Part shown: piece by piece, positions 1-11,121 of the stretch
Numbering within the stretch: the first letter of the stretch is position 1
Layout: each line of letters begins with the position of its first letter
Source: Octopus bimaculoides
Lineage: Eukaryota
Assembly: GCF_001194135.2 (NCBI RefSeq)
Contig: NC_068999.1
Coordinates: forward strand, 49,222,586-49,262,707
Reading direction: 5' to 3'
DNA: 40,122 nt
The notes under the pieces: model-generated
The model's database searches: none
What the model saw: only the letters and a program-made list of their open reading frames with translations
Told to the model about the DNA's origin: nothing
Made by a program: the position numbers and the translations under genes

Positions 1-203
1 GAAAAGTTCATGGCTTTAAGGGGGTCGTGAAAGGCCCGGTTGGAGGCCCAACCTTCTGAGTTCTTTTACAGGGTTTAGAAAAACTGAAAGACTGCTGTAA
101 TAAGTTTGTGAATCTGAGAGGTGAATATGTTGAATAAAATCATAATTAACTGATCTTCCTGTATTTTCTTTTACCCAAAACCAGGAACTTTTCAGTACTC
201 TCT

Positions 204-207
<4 letters not shown>
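1..207 (+). mobile_element. 3' remnant of a mariner-family DNA transposon (transposase C-terminus plus degenerate TIR)
   Basis: 31-69 reads KARLEAQPSEFFY; after a 1-nt frameshift 72-137 reads GLEKLKDCCNKFVNLRGEYVE*. This matches the mariner C-terminal pattern WLxxQPxxFYxxGIxKLxxRWxKCxxxxGxYVE*. TIR-like aacttttcagtactctcttg (~186-205) runs into (TA)n. Confidence 0.75.
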
Positions 208-242
<35 letters not shown>

Positions 243-245
<3 letters not shown>

Positions 246-310
246 CACAGGAGTGGCTGTGTGGTAAGTAGCTTGCTTACCAACCACATGGTTCCGGGTT
301 CAGTCCCACT
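243..310 (+). mobile_element. SINE family A (tRNA-derived, CORE-like), head only
   Basis: A-box-like TGGCTGTGTGGT and B-box-like GGTTCAGTCCC; near-identical to the reverse complement of 14190-14251; truncated after the B box. Confidence 0.8.
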
Positions 311-594
311 TCAATTTGGGTTGCAATGAAATTTTATGTTTTGAAAATTTGATTGTATTTTGAATTGTATTTGAATTGAATTGAAATCTGTTTGTGTGTG
401 TGTGTTTGTGTCTGCGCTTAAGTTTTTTATTTTGTGTGTGTTTTTATTTTGTATGTATGTGCATGTGTGTGTGTGTATTTGTATTGTTTGTGTGTGTGTG
501 TTGTGTGTTTGTGTGTTTTTATCTTGTGTGTGTATTTTCTGACTGTGAGCATATAAGAGAGACTATACATGGGTTTTGCAATCTGATTTTGTAG

Positions 595-769
595 GAAAGA
601 AAAGAAAATATGGAGCCTAATGTAGAATGTCAAGGCCAATCAGTTTCTGGTACTCGAACATGTCGCGCACGTCGATCGATCAACTACAAATTTACTGAGT
701 TTGACGAGCTTATTGACAGCGCTATCCAGGACGATATGAAAAACGCGAAAGATGCTTCGGCTGCAGAAT
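595..769 (+). CDS. RSF1: RSF1 exon (ERKENMEPN...RARRSINYKFTEFDELIDSAIQDDMKNAKDASAAE)
   Basis: Acceptor gtAG 593-594, donor GTAAGC at 770, open frame, phase-1 end. Missed by the ORF track. Confidence 0.85.
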
Positions 770-1228
770 GTAAGCTTGAAATAAATTAACTCTTGTGGGT
801 TTTTTTTTTTGGTTTTTTTTTTCCTTTTGAAAAAAAGATTTGTTTTTAAAAGGTACCAATTGAGGTACCAATTCAGGCAGTGGCAGTAAATTGGTGAAAA
901 ATGTAAGAAAGTGGGACTGGGTGCCTTGTGGTAGTTGATCCAAGTTTTTGAATTCTGACAGCAACATCTATGACAACATTGATGTCAAGCTGTATCCACC
1001 CTAAAGTGACCACTCTTTCGCTTGGACAACATTGGTGGTGTAGAGAGGTGATTGAAATGCACAAGACAAAGTAAAGCCTTGCCTAGACCTGTGCATCCAT
1101 ATACTTTGTCGATTTTTATAAAGACATGTTATGGTGCTGAAATTATGCTTCTTTGGTCTGTGAATTGAGTCAGCATTTACTCCCCACCTCTCTCCATCCA
1201 TCAATCCATACATACAATTTTATGCATA

Positions 1229-1261
<33 letters not shown>

Positions 1262-4200
1262 TACAATATGGCTTGGTGTTAAATAACCACCTAAGGGATA
1301 CTAATTATCCAATGAATTTACTGGTTTTTTATTATCTATATCAATAACAATGTTATGAACTAACGCTCTTAACAAATAGGTATATAAATAAAATATACAT
1401 AGTTTATCAATATATAAATATCAATAAGAAATGGCAACCAAAATAGTAAACTGAACAATTAGATAATTTATTCATTAAATGATAAATTCAATTCATAAAT
1501 TACAACTGTTTCCACCTCATTAATAAAACCATGTTTTTCAAGAATAATAAAATCGCATTTAAATATATAATGAGGTTTCATCAGCTGTGTTATTTGTTTA
1601 TATGAAATAATTAAATTGAATTAAATGTATCATTTGATGATTAAATTATTTAATTGTTCAATTTATTGTTTCGGTTTCCATTTCTTATAAATATTTATAT
1701 ATATCAATCCAATATATGTATATACACATACACATGTGCATTTATATATATATGTATACACACACACACACACACACACACAAATGCATATGTATTTGTA
1801 AGTGTATATATATATATATATATCATCGTCGTCGTTTAACGTCTGCTTTCCATGCTGGCACGGATTTGACTGAGGGCTGGTGAGTCAGAAGGCTGCACTA
1901 GGCTTCAATCTGATTTGGCAGAGTTTCTACAGCTGGATGCCCTTCCTAACACCAACCACTCTGAGAGTGTAGTGGGTGCTTTTATGTGCCACCGGCTTGA
2001 GGGCCAGTCAGACGGTACTGGCATTGACCATGCTCAAATGGTGCTTTTTACGTGCCACCTGCACAGGAGCCAGTCCTACGGCATTGGCAACGACCACGCT
2101 CGAATGATGTTTTTTACGTTCCACCGGCACAGGAGCTAGTCAGGCGATGCTGGCAACAATCATGCTTGAATGGTGTTTTTTACGTGCCACTGGCACGGGA
2201 GTCAGTCAGCAGCCCTGGCAACGATCACGCTCAAATGGTGCTTTTAATGTTCCACTGGCATGGGTGCCAGCTAGGTGGTACTGTCATAGGCCACGACAAC
2301 AATTTCACTTGCCTCATGAGATCTTCGCAAGTGTAGTTTATTATCCAGTGATTAAAGGGTACTCTTAAATGGGCTGGTTATAAGTAAGTACTGGGATTGA
2401 TGCATTCTACTAAAATTTTAAGGTATTACTTCAGCATGGCCACAGTTAAATAACTGAAACAAGTAAGAAATATGTATGTTTATATGTATATATGCATATA
2501 TAATAACTTTGTGTATATGAATATATATATAGTAATTTTGGGTATATGTCTACATTTTATTTTCAGGTAATGAAGATGAAGAGTCACATAGTGGTAAAGA
2601 CATGTCGAACTTCAGCTCACGGGAAGCTCCTGTCAGCAAGGGCAAAGACATGGACACTATAATGACAGTGTACAGTGAAAGCAATGACCTTCGACCCCAA
2701 GGAATCCAAGCCAAAAAGGAAGCTGGTCGTCGCCGAGGAAAGGACATCTCTAATCTCGTGGGTAAAGGAAGCGACAGCGACGAACAGTATCCTGCACCTC
2801 GCAAAAGGCGGCCTAGGAGAAAGCTAACCACTCTAGACAGTGACAGTTATGGCTCCGATAGTGAAGAGTACAAAGCTTCCGAGTAAGTATCTTTGCTAAA
2901 ATTATATTGTACATGTGATGACAAATTCTACTGTGTTTGTTGTGTTATGGATGCTGTGAAGTAGGAGTTATTGCTGAGATGAACCCTCAGGTGTCAGTTT
3001 TGTTTCCTGGTCGGATTTTTTTTTTTTATAGATGTTTTTGTCCCAATCAAGGCTTAAAGCCATTGTAGCTTAAGGGACTATAAAGAAGGAAAAAAAGGGA
3101 CCTACAAATTAAAAAGATGTATATTAGATAATGGTTTCTTGAATGCGTAATGTGTTGGGCAAAATCAGATTGATTATGCTCAGCATTTTTTTAATTACAG
3201 ATCTGCTCGTTTATGGTTGTCTTTGAGCTAACCAGCTAATTCAATCCCAGATAGAGCAGACTACTCCTCATCCAAATAAAGGCTCACTTAAAAGATTAAG
3301 AACCTTATTTCAAAGATGTATTAGAGTAATGTATGTTTTTTTTTTAATTTGTTTTTAGGGAATCTGACCCTTCAGTTGAAGATCTTGATCTGAGTGATTA
3401 TTCAGATGAAGAGGAAGATGACGACGACGATGATGATGAAGACTATGGTACCAGGCGTCGATCGACTCGCTCATCAACCAGACAGAATACCCGTGCCAGT
3501 CAAAAGTCATCAAGAATTAACACACGGAGAAGCCGGCGACGTAACTTTGATGACTTCGGTAAAAAAAACATTTTCTCTCATTTTTTTTTTTGTTAAAATC
3601 AGCTCCACACATTGTCTTCATAATAAGACTGTTGGATATTAGTTATGTTTTTTTTTTCTGTCTTGATTGATTGTTTGGCTGCTAATCATTTATCAATGTC
3701 TACGAGAAGTAAAATATTTTATTGTTCTTTTCTCTAATCGTTACATTTTAAGGAGAAAGTTTCTGTTGTTAACAGATGGACATGCTTCGTAATATTGAAA
3801 AGATTTGTGTTTTATTAGCATTCATTGTCAATGTAATCGACTAATCTCCTCTCCCAAAATTTCCTTTAATAGAAAGGATTATTATTATCATAATTATTAT
3901 TATCATTATTATTATTATTAATAATAATAATAATAAGTGTGGTGGATGGGTGGAATTGGTAGAGCACTGGGCAAAAGTGCCTTGTGATATTTAGTTACAT
4001 ATTTTTGCAGTCTGAGCTCAAGTAATGTTGAGATGTCAAATAGATTTTAAGAACCTAATTTGAGACGGATAAAAGGATAGAAAGTTGCTCTGAAGTGTAA
4101 ATCACCTACCAAGAATCAAGTGACCTCTTCTGCTGCCCTTGCTTCAAATAAGGTTTTAAAATGTGTAAATATCGTTTTACATCGTTACTGTTTCGTATTA

Positions 4201-7200
4201 TGCCAAGGGGATTAACCCAACAATTGAGCGGGAGTTATTTACTCCTGCTGAAAATTGACGTGAATTTTTTTGGTTTTTTTTTTTGAAAAACCTACAAAAT
4301 GTCTTCTGTTTGACAACGTACCACATCTACTTCTTTTTTTCACTCTAAGAGGGAAAGAAAAGGAAGATGTTGCGACGTTCATTTCAAAAGTCATTTTTGT
4401 AATTCAGTTTCTGCTTAAAATGGAATGTAGTCTACAGGGCAAAGAATTGATAATTTGTTCCACTGAAACACCAATGAATTGTTTCTTAATATGTTGATTT
4501 CTTTTGATTAAGTACAGGACTCCTATATTGATCCCTTTTGATGCTTGATACAATCCCTAGTTCTATGATAAAGTCTTCCTGTTTTAAAGACATCTAAATC
4601 AAAAATTTCATATTTATTTTCCAATGGATAATCAGAACCTTGTAAATTGGATTTGGTAGACAAAAACTGGAAGAAGCCCATCATATATGTGTGTGTACCC
4701 TTGTCTAAATATGATAGTTGTAAACGAGCATCCTGAACATACAAGCGATGTTATTTTCCAGTCGTCCACGATAAATGTGTGTCTGGCCATGGAAAATATC
4801 TTGCTTGGAAACATGTGAGGGTTAGTGACAGGAAGAATGTCTGGTTGTAGGAAATCTGCATCAATGAATTTTGTCAGACCCATGCAAGCATGAGAAAGTA
4901 GATCTTGGTAAAAACTGTGTAGAAGTTTGTTATGTGTGTGTGTGTGTGTGTGTGTAATAGAGTAAGATATATATATATGCATATTATATTAAAGCACCGG
5001 ACTCACAATCATGAGATAGTAAGTTCAATTTCTGGACTGGTCTGTGTGTTGTGTTCTGGAGCAAGAGACTTTATTTCACGTTGCTCCAGTTCACTCAGCT
5101 GTGGAAACGAGTTGCAATGTCACTGGTGCCAAGCTGTATCGGCCCCTTTTGCCTTTCCCTTGGATAACATCAGGGGCTTGAAGAGGGGAGGCTGGTATGC
5201 ATGGGTGACTGCTGGTCTTCCATAAACAACCTTGCCTGGACTTGTGCCTGGGAGGGGAATTTTCTAGGTGCAATCCCATGGTCATTCATGACCAAAGGTA
5301 AATGGGGGTGATTTAATCAACTAGAACCCTTTAAGGCAGTGCTCCAGCATGACTGTAGTCCAGTGACTGGAACAAGTAAACAATAAAAGATATATTTATT
5401 TGTGGATTTACTTGTCTTTTTATTTTATTTTATTTATATTTATTTACTTTTTTATTTTTTTTCTATTTCAGTGGTTGATGATGATTATGACTCTGATGAC
5501 AGTGGAAATTACCGCAGGTCCACGAGAGCATCGGTGAAGCGCAAAGTTAACTACCGCGAGAAATTCAGCGACGAGGAGGAGGAAATGACACCGTCTGAAG
5601 AAAGCGAAGCGAACAGCGAAGATTTCTCTGACCTTGCATCCGACGACAGCGTGAAACCAAACAAGAAGCTAAAACTGAAACTGGAGAAAAAGAAGCTCAA
5701 GAAGTCAAAGCGAGTGATTCGCAAAAACTTCTCTGACGATGACGACGACGATAAAGCAGACGATGGGATAGACGACGAAGAAGACACTGGTGATAGAGGC
5801 AGTCGGAAGAAGAAGAGGAAAAGCCAACAGCAGTTTTCATCTTCTCATGATAACAGTGCTGAGAGCGATGACGAGCTGAAGAGCAAGAAGAAAGCTGGTA
5901 GAAAGAGGCGTCTGGCTGTCAGTGACAGCGATTCTTCTTCTTCATCTTCTTCTTCGAGCACTCGGTCACAGAATCGAGTCCGCCGCTCCCACCGCTCTTC
6001 AACGCTGAAAGTGAATTTTAAGAAGCTGCTAGATTCAGATTCCGAAGAAGATTCTGGAAACATCGAGCGAAAATACATTCTCAGCAAACTTAAAAAGAAC
6101 ACCATTGTGTCCGACTCCGATTCCATCGCATCTGACGACAAATCGAGTATAAAGAATGATGATGACGATGAGGTCGGTGGTGGTGAGAATAAGGATAGCA
6201 GCAGTAACAGAATGGACATTGATGATAATGTCGATGGCGTTGGGGTGGAGACTAAAAAGGAGGGCAAGCCTGTCGGCAACAGTAATGTGGATGCAGTTAT
6301 CAAACCTGCAGCAGCAGAAACAACAGCAGTACCACCACCACCACCAACAACAACAACAGCAACAGCAATGCTAACAACAACAACAGTTGCACCACCACCA
6401 TCAACAAAAATAACTACAGAGACATCACTACCGCCAACAGTAACACCAACAACTGTGGAAAAACCAGCACTTGCAGTAAAAGAAACAGCAGCATCAGAGA
6501 AAACTGCATTAGTTGCACCTGTAAAGAAAGTTGCACAAGCTCCAGAAAAAGAGGCAACTGCAGCACCTGAAAAATCTCATGCAGCGATACCTGAAAAAGC
6601 TGCTGCAGCAATACCTGCAGAAAAAGCTGCTACTGTACCAGAAAAAACTGATACAGCAGCATCAGTGAAAACTGATACAGAAGCACTTGTGAAAACAGCT
6701 ACTACAAAAACTGATACAGCAGCATCAGAAAAAACTGCTTCAGTAGCACCTGCGAAAACTGATATGGCAGCAGAATCAGCAAAAACAGCTCCAGTGGCAC
6801 TGATAAAGACTGATACAACAGCATCAGTAAAAACAGATACTTCTGTGTCAGTAAAAGCTGATACTGCACCCTCATCAAAATCTGCGAAGGCAGCACCAAT
6901 AAAAACTGCTTCAGGAACACCGGGAAAAACTGCTTGTGCAGCACCAGAAAATACAGATGCAGTAATACCTGCAAAAATTGCTAAAACATCTCTTGCAGAA
7001 AATGATTCAGCTACACCGGCAAAAGCTGCAAAATTAGCACCTGCAAAAGCATCTGCGGCGTCACCTGTAAAAGCCGCTGGATCAACCCCTGGGAAAACTG
7101 ATACTGCAGCTCCAGTAAAATCTGATACTGCCACACCTACCAAAATCGACACAGCAGCAAAAACTGCTTCAGCGCCATCTACAAAGTCATCTGCAGCCAC

Positions 7201-9586
7201 TCCTGCAAAAACACCAACTGCTACCAATGCAAAATCAACTGCAGACACACCTTCCAAATCAGTTGCAGACACACCTGCAAAATCAGCTGTAGCTACGCCT
7301 GCAAAGTCAGCTGTAACTACTCCTGCAAAAGCAGCTGCAGATTCACCTGCAAAGGAATCTGCAGACTCATCTGCAAAAACGGTTGTTGCCATGCCTGCAA
7401 AAACAGTTTCAGATTTGCCTGTGAAAACAGTTACAGATTCAACTGCGAAAAAAGCTGCAAGAACGCCTGCAGATTCGCCTGCAAAAACAGCTGCAGCTAT
7501 ACCTGCAAAAATAGGTGCAACCACACCTGCAAAAACAGCTTCAGACTCCCCTGCAAAAACAGGTGCAACCACACCTGCAAAAACAGCTTCAGACTCACCT
7601 GCAAAAACAGGAGCAACCACACCTGCAAAAACAGCTTCAGACTCACCTGCAAAAACAGGTGCAACCACACCTGCAAAAACAGCTTCAGACTCACCTGCAA
7701 AGACAGTTGCAGACTCACCTGCAAAAACATCTGTATCTACACCTGCAAAGACAGCTGCAGATTCTTCTGCAAAAACTGCAATTTTTCCTGCAAAAACTGC
7801 TGTCTTTCCTGCAAAAAGTGCAGTCTTTCCTGCAAAAAGTGCAGTCTTTCCCGCAAAAAGTGTAGTCTTTCCCGCAAAAAGTGCAGTTTTTCCTGCAAAA
7901 ACAGCTGCTTCGGCATCTTCAAAAACAGCTTTAGGGTCACCTGCAAAATCAGCTGTAGCCACACCTGCAAAGACAACTGCAGATTCATCTGCGAAAACAG
8001 TTTCATCCACATCTGCAAAGACAACTGCAGATTCATCTGCAAAAACAGCTGCATCTACACCTGCAAAGACATCTGCAGATTCATCCTCTAAAACAGCTGC
8101 ATCTACACCTGCAAAGACATCTGCAGATTCATCTGCAAAAACAGGTGCAACCACATCTGCGGATTCATCTGCAAAAACAGGTGCAGCCACATCTGCAAAG
8201 TCATCTGCAGATTCATCTACAAAATCAGGTGCAGCCACATCTGCAAAGACATCTGCAAAAACAGGTGCAGCCACATCTGCAAAGTCATCTGCAGATTCAT
8301 CTACAAAAACAGGTGCAGCCACATCTGCAAAGACATCTGCAGATTCATCTGCAAAAACAGGTGCAGCCACATCTGCAAAGACATCTGCAGATTCATCTAC
8401 AAAAACAGGTGCAGCCACATCTGCAAAGTCATCTGCAGATTCGTCTACAAAAACAGGTGCAGCCACATCTTCAAAGACATCTTCAAAAACAGGTGCAGCC
8501 ACATCTGCAAAGTCATCTGCAGATTCATCTGCAAAGACAGGTGCAACCACACCTGCTAAAACAGCTTCAGACTCATCTGCAAAAAAACCTGCAGCCACAC
8601 CTGCAAAGACTACTGCAGATTCATCTGCAAAAACAGGCACACCTGCAAAGACAGCTGCAGATTCATCTGCAAAAACAGCTACAACCACACCTTCGAAAAC
8701 AGGTGCAGCCACTCCTACAAAAACAGCTGTATCAGTAAAAAATACTTCAGCAACCTCTGAAAAAACTGCTGCAGGGGCAACAACAGCCAAATCCTCAGGA
8801 TCAGAAAGAACACCTGCAGCATCCTCATCAAAAACAGCTTCTTCATCAACACCAGCGAAGAAAACACCGACAGAAGGGACCAAAGCTGCCACAACTGTAT
8901 CGGCAACAGCAACAACTGCAACATCGGCATCAGTACCAAGAAAAACAAGTGCAACAACGGCATCGGCAACAACAACAACAACAACAAAAACAGCAGCTGT
9001 AGCATCGTCATCAACAACTAAGGATTCAGCAGCAAAAACTCCAGTAACAACAAGTTCCTCTACTCCCGCCAATACTAAGAGCACGAGCAGCAGCAGCTCG
9101 ACTAGCAGTAGCAGTACTGCGTCCAAGAACAGCTCCAACATCACTACCAATGTAACATCTACGACGACGACCACCACCACCAGCAGTAGCACACCCTCTA
9201 CCAACTCCACCTCAGTCACCTCGAATACAACAAGCACATCGTCCAGCGAAACAACAGTTTCAAATACAGAGGTCCGACAGAGCGACAGCAGCAGCGGCAG
9301 CGGCAGTAGTAGTAGTAGTAGCAGCAGCAGCAGCAACAGCTGCAGCAGCACGGTGAACAGTAGTTCGTTTAGCCAAATGAACGGTCACGACAATCAGAAG
9401 GCTGGCCAAAAGGACAGGCTTTTGGAAAAAGCGGAAACTCGGACTATTCCTGTCGACCAGCAACAGCAGCGAGACGATAGCTTAGGCAATGAGCAAATAA
9501 GTGGTCAAGATGACCCGTCGTTACACGTGGTGGGCAGCTCTACCAGCCGGTCTGGACCTCAGGTAGCCAACGTTTTAAAACCCTAA
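595..9586 (+). CDS. RSF1: RSF1 (remodeling and spacing factor 1 / HBXAP) orthologue, 3' part: join(595..769,2567..2882,3359..3558,5472..9586), 1601 aa in window; 5' exons lie upstream of the window
   Basis: All four exons have AG/GT boundaries and compatible phases (1,2,1); total 4806 nt = 1602 codons including stop. RARRSINYKFTEFDELIDSAIQDDMK, the GKD(I/M)S motifs, RRKLTTLDSDS and KRKVNYRE correspond in order to the post-PHD region of human RSF1 as I recall it (RTRKCISYRFDEFDEAIDEAIEDDIK, GKDIST, RRRLNDLDSDS, KRQINYKE). Confidence 0.85.
1410..1702. repeat. Long imperfect inverted repeat (foldback) in an RSF1 intron
   Basis: 1410-1522 (atatataaatatcaataagaaatggcaaccaaaatagtaaactgaacaattagataattt...acctcatta) matches the reverse complement of 1568-1702; the loop is about 45 nt. 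Confidence 0.85.
1823..2310 (-). mobile_element. SINE-like family B ((GAT)n 3' tail) with an internal ~65-bp tandem array
   Basis: The plus strand shows catcgtcgtcgtttaacgtctgctttccatgct...ggatgcccttcctaac, shared with copies at 21775, 25443 and 30663. Five ~65-66-bp units start at 1975, 2040, 2106, 2172 and 2237. Confidence 0.75.
2567..2882 (+). CDS. RSF1: RSF1 exon (NEDEESHSGKDMSNF...GKDMDTI...GKDISNL...RRKLTTLDSDSYGSDSEEYKASE)
   Basis: Acceptor tttcAG 2565-2566, donor GTAAGT at 2883; in frame with ORF 2602..2886; phase 1 in, phase 2 out. Confidence 0.9.
3359..3558 (+). CDS. RSF1: RSF1 exon (ESDPSVEDLDLSDYSDEEEDDDDDDDEDYGTRRRSTRSS...RRSRRRNFDDF)
   Basis: Acceptor tttttAG 3357-3358, donor GTAAAA at 3559; the 200 nt fit phase 2 in and phase 1 out. 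The ORF track reads this region in the wrong frame. Confidence 0.85.
4750..4910 (+). mobile_element. Degraded family B SINE-like copy, opposite orientation
   Basis: ggttagtgacaggaagaatgtctggttgtaggaaatctgc...acccatgcaagcatgagaaagtag resembles the reverse complement of the family B segments seen at 1823 and 21775. Confidence 0.5.
5472..9586 (+). CDS. RSF1: RSF1 giant terminal exon (acidic/basic region followed by a ~1,100-aa A/S/T/K/P repeat tail)
   Basis: Acceptor tttcAG 5470-5471; phase 1 matches the previous exon (G+TG = Val); frame open for 4115 nt to TAA 9584-9586. The ORF start at 5402 is intronic. Confidence 0.85.
7513..7701 (+). repeat. Coding 48-bp tandem repeat x4 (TGATTPAKTASDSPAK)
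   Basis: Near-identical units ccacacctgcaaaaacagcttcagactc(c/a)cctgcaaaaacagg(t/a)gcaa start at 7521, 7569, 7617 and 7665 (the last is partial). Confidence 0.9.
7778..7903 (+). repeat. Coding 21-bp tandem repeat x6 (A-V-F-P-A-K-S/T)
   Basis: Units start at 7778, 7799, 7820, 7841, 7862 and 7883, e.g. gcagtctttcctgcaaaaagt. Confidence 0.9.
8140..8540 (+). repeat. Coding ~48-bp repeat block (SAK(T/S)SADSS(A/T)KTGAAT) with internal deletions
   Basis: Repeated acaggtgcagccacatctgcaaag(a/t)catctgcagattcatct; about 8-9 units by eye. Confidence 0.85.
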
Positions 9587-9704
9587 AGCTTTCATCTGTT
9601 CTATCACCAATCACCATCACCTTGCTACGCTGCCGTCTGTCTAAATTCCTACGACTGGTTTCCTGGTTATTGTATTATTTTAAAAGACATTTTTTTTTTT
9701 TACC

Positions 9705-9742
<38 letters not shown>

Positions 9743-10682
9743 TCTGTAATATCTGATAGACTCTTTTATTTTATTTTATTTATATTTTTTTTTTCCTTTA
9801 AAAAAAAAGAACAACAAAACAAAACAAAACCAACAACAATCTCTGGTTCTCTCATTCTCCTTCTTACCCGTGTCCCCTTTCTCAATCTCTTATTCTTTCT
9901 CCCTTCCTCTCGATTTTTTTTTTTTTAATTCCATTTGTTTCTCTCTCTCTTTATTGTCCACCACTACCACCACAACCACCACTATCACCACCACCACCAG
10001 CTGTCTGACTGTAAAACTCCCCCTCCCCCCAGCCCACTTCCGAACCATTTTATTTTATTATTTTTTTTTTTGTTTTTCAAAAAAACATGACTGGGTAATA
10101 TAGTTTAATCGAATGTGGATCTGCTGTTCTGTTTTGTGTCTAGAGCCATACCAGCATAACATAAACATCCGTAAACATACCAACATACATACATACCTAC
10201 ATACATAGACCCAACTCCTTGATCCTTTTTTTTTTTTTTGTTATTGATCAATCATATCAACCAATTATCAAATTAATGTTTAACTGAAAAGAAAAAAAAT
10301 AATAATAAATAAATCTATGTAATTATTTAAATAAACAAACGAAGTCCCAGATTTGATCCGTTAAATCCTTCCCTCTTTCTAGATGTCATAATTATTATTA
10401 CAATTATTATTGCTACATTTTTAAAAGAAATCATCCTTATTATTATTATATTTTATTAATAATGATTTATAAAGATTGACGTAAACTCTTCACGAAGGTA
10501 AATAGACAATAAGAAGAGTATGATGTGATTTGTAATACAGATTGTTTATTTAACGTTTTGAATGATATCTGTTGGAATATTGTTCAAACCATTAAATAAA
10601 CAATCTTTATCACAAATTGCATCGTGCTCTTCTTGTCTTTTAAAAACATTTTTGTTATTGCAGTGGGCTTGCAGAACCATTT

Positions 10683-10828
10683 GCATGCTGGACCATTAGC
10701 ATGCTGGACGAAATGCTTAGCGGCATTTCTTCTGGTTTTATACTCCTAAGTTCCAAATCTGTGCAGGTTGGACTTTTGTCTTTCATATTTTCAGGTTCGA
10801 CGAAATTTAGTACCAGTTGAGTACTAGA
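10683..10828 (+). mobile_element. Degraded SINE family C copy
   Basis: attagcatgctggacgaaatgcttagcggcatttc...gttggacttttgtctttcat...agtaccagttgagtact matches the reverse complement of 34918-35062. Confidence 0.6.
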
Positions 10829-10867
10829 CTTGATGTAACTGACGAGCTGTCTCCCTACAGAAAAATT

Positions 10868-10900
<33 letters not shown>

Positions 10901-10904
<4 letters not shown>

Positions 10905-10938
10905 TCGTTTAATGTCTGCCTTCCCATGCTAGCATGGG

Positions 10939-10977
<39 letters not shown>

Positions 10978-11121
10978 TGGGCTTCTTTAAGTTTCCATCT
11001 ACTAAATCCACTCAAGGCTTTTGTTGGCCTAATGCTATAGTGGAAGACACTGGCCAAAGGTGTCATGCAGTGGGATTGATCCTGGAACCATGTGGTTGGG
11101 AAGCAAACTTCTTACTACACA
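10901..11121 (-). mobile_element. Family B 3' stub (10901-10940), (CA)n, then family A head (10974-11121)
   Basis: atcatcgtttaatgtctgccttcccatgctagcatggg, then the reverse complement of the family A head including gacactggccaaaggtgtcatgcagtggga...ggaaccatgtggttgg. Confidence 0.7.

Noticed and set aside
243-310. tRNA gene
   Set aside because: A/B boxes belong to a multi-copy SINE head; no complete cloverleaf.
5402-5471. ORF-track start for the 1394-aa protein
   Set aside because: It is the polypyrimidine tract of the intron; the exon starts at 5472 after tttcAG.
7497-9017. Gln/Leu/His-rich ORFs in other frames (e.g. 8145..8738)
   Set aside because: Alternative-frame shadows of the coding repeats.
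6577-9351. 924-aa antisense ORF overlapping the RSF1 tail
   Set aside because: In this register a minus-strand stop needs a sense codon ending in T or C followed by a Tyr, His or Gln codon. These residues are nearly absent from the tail, so the frame stays open passively.
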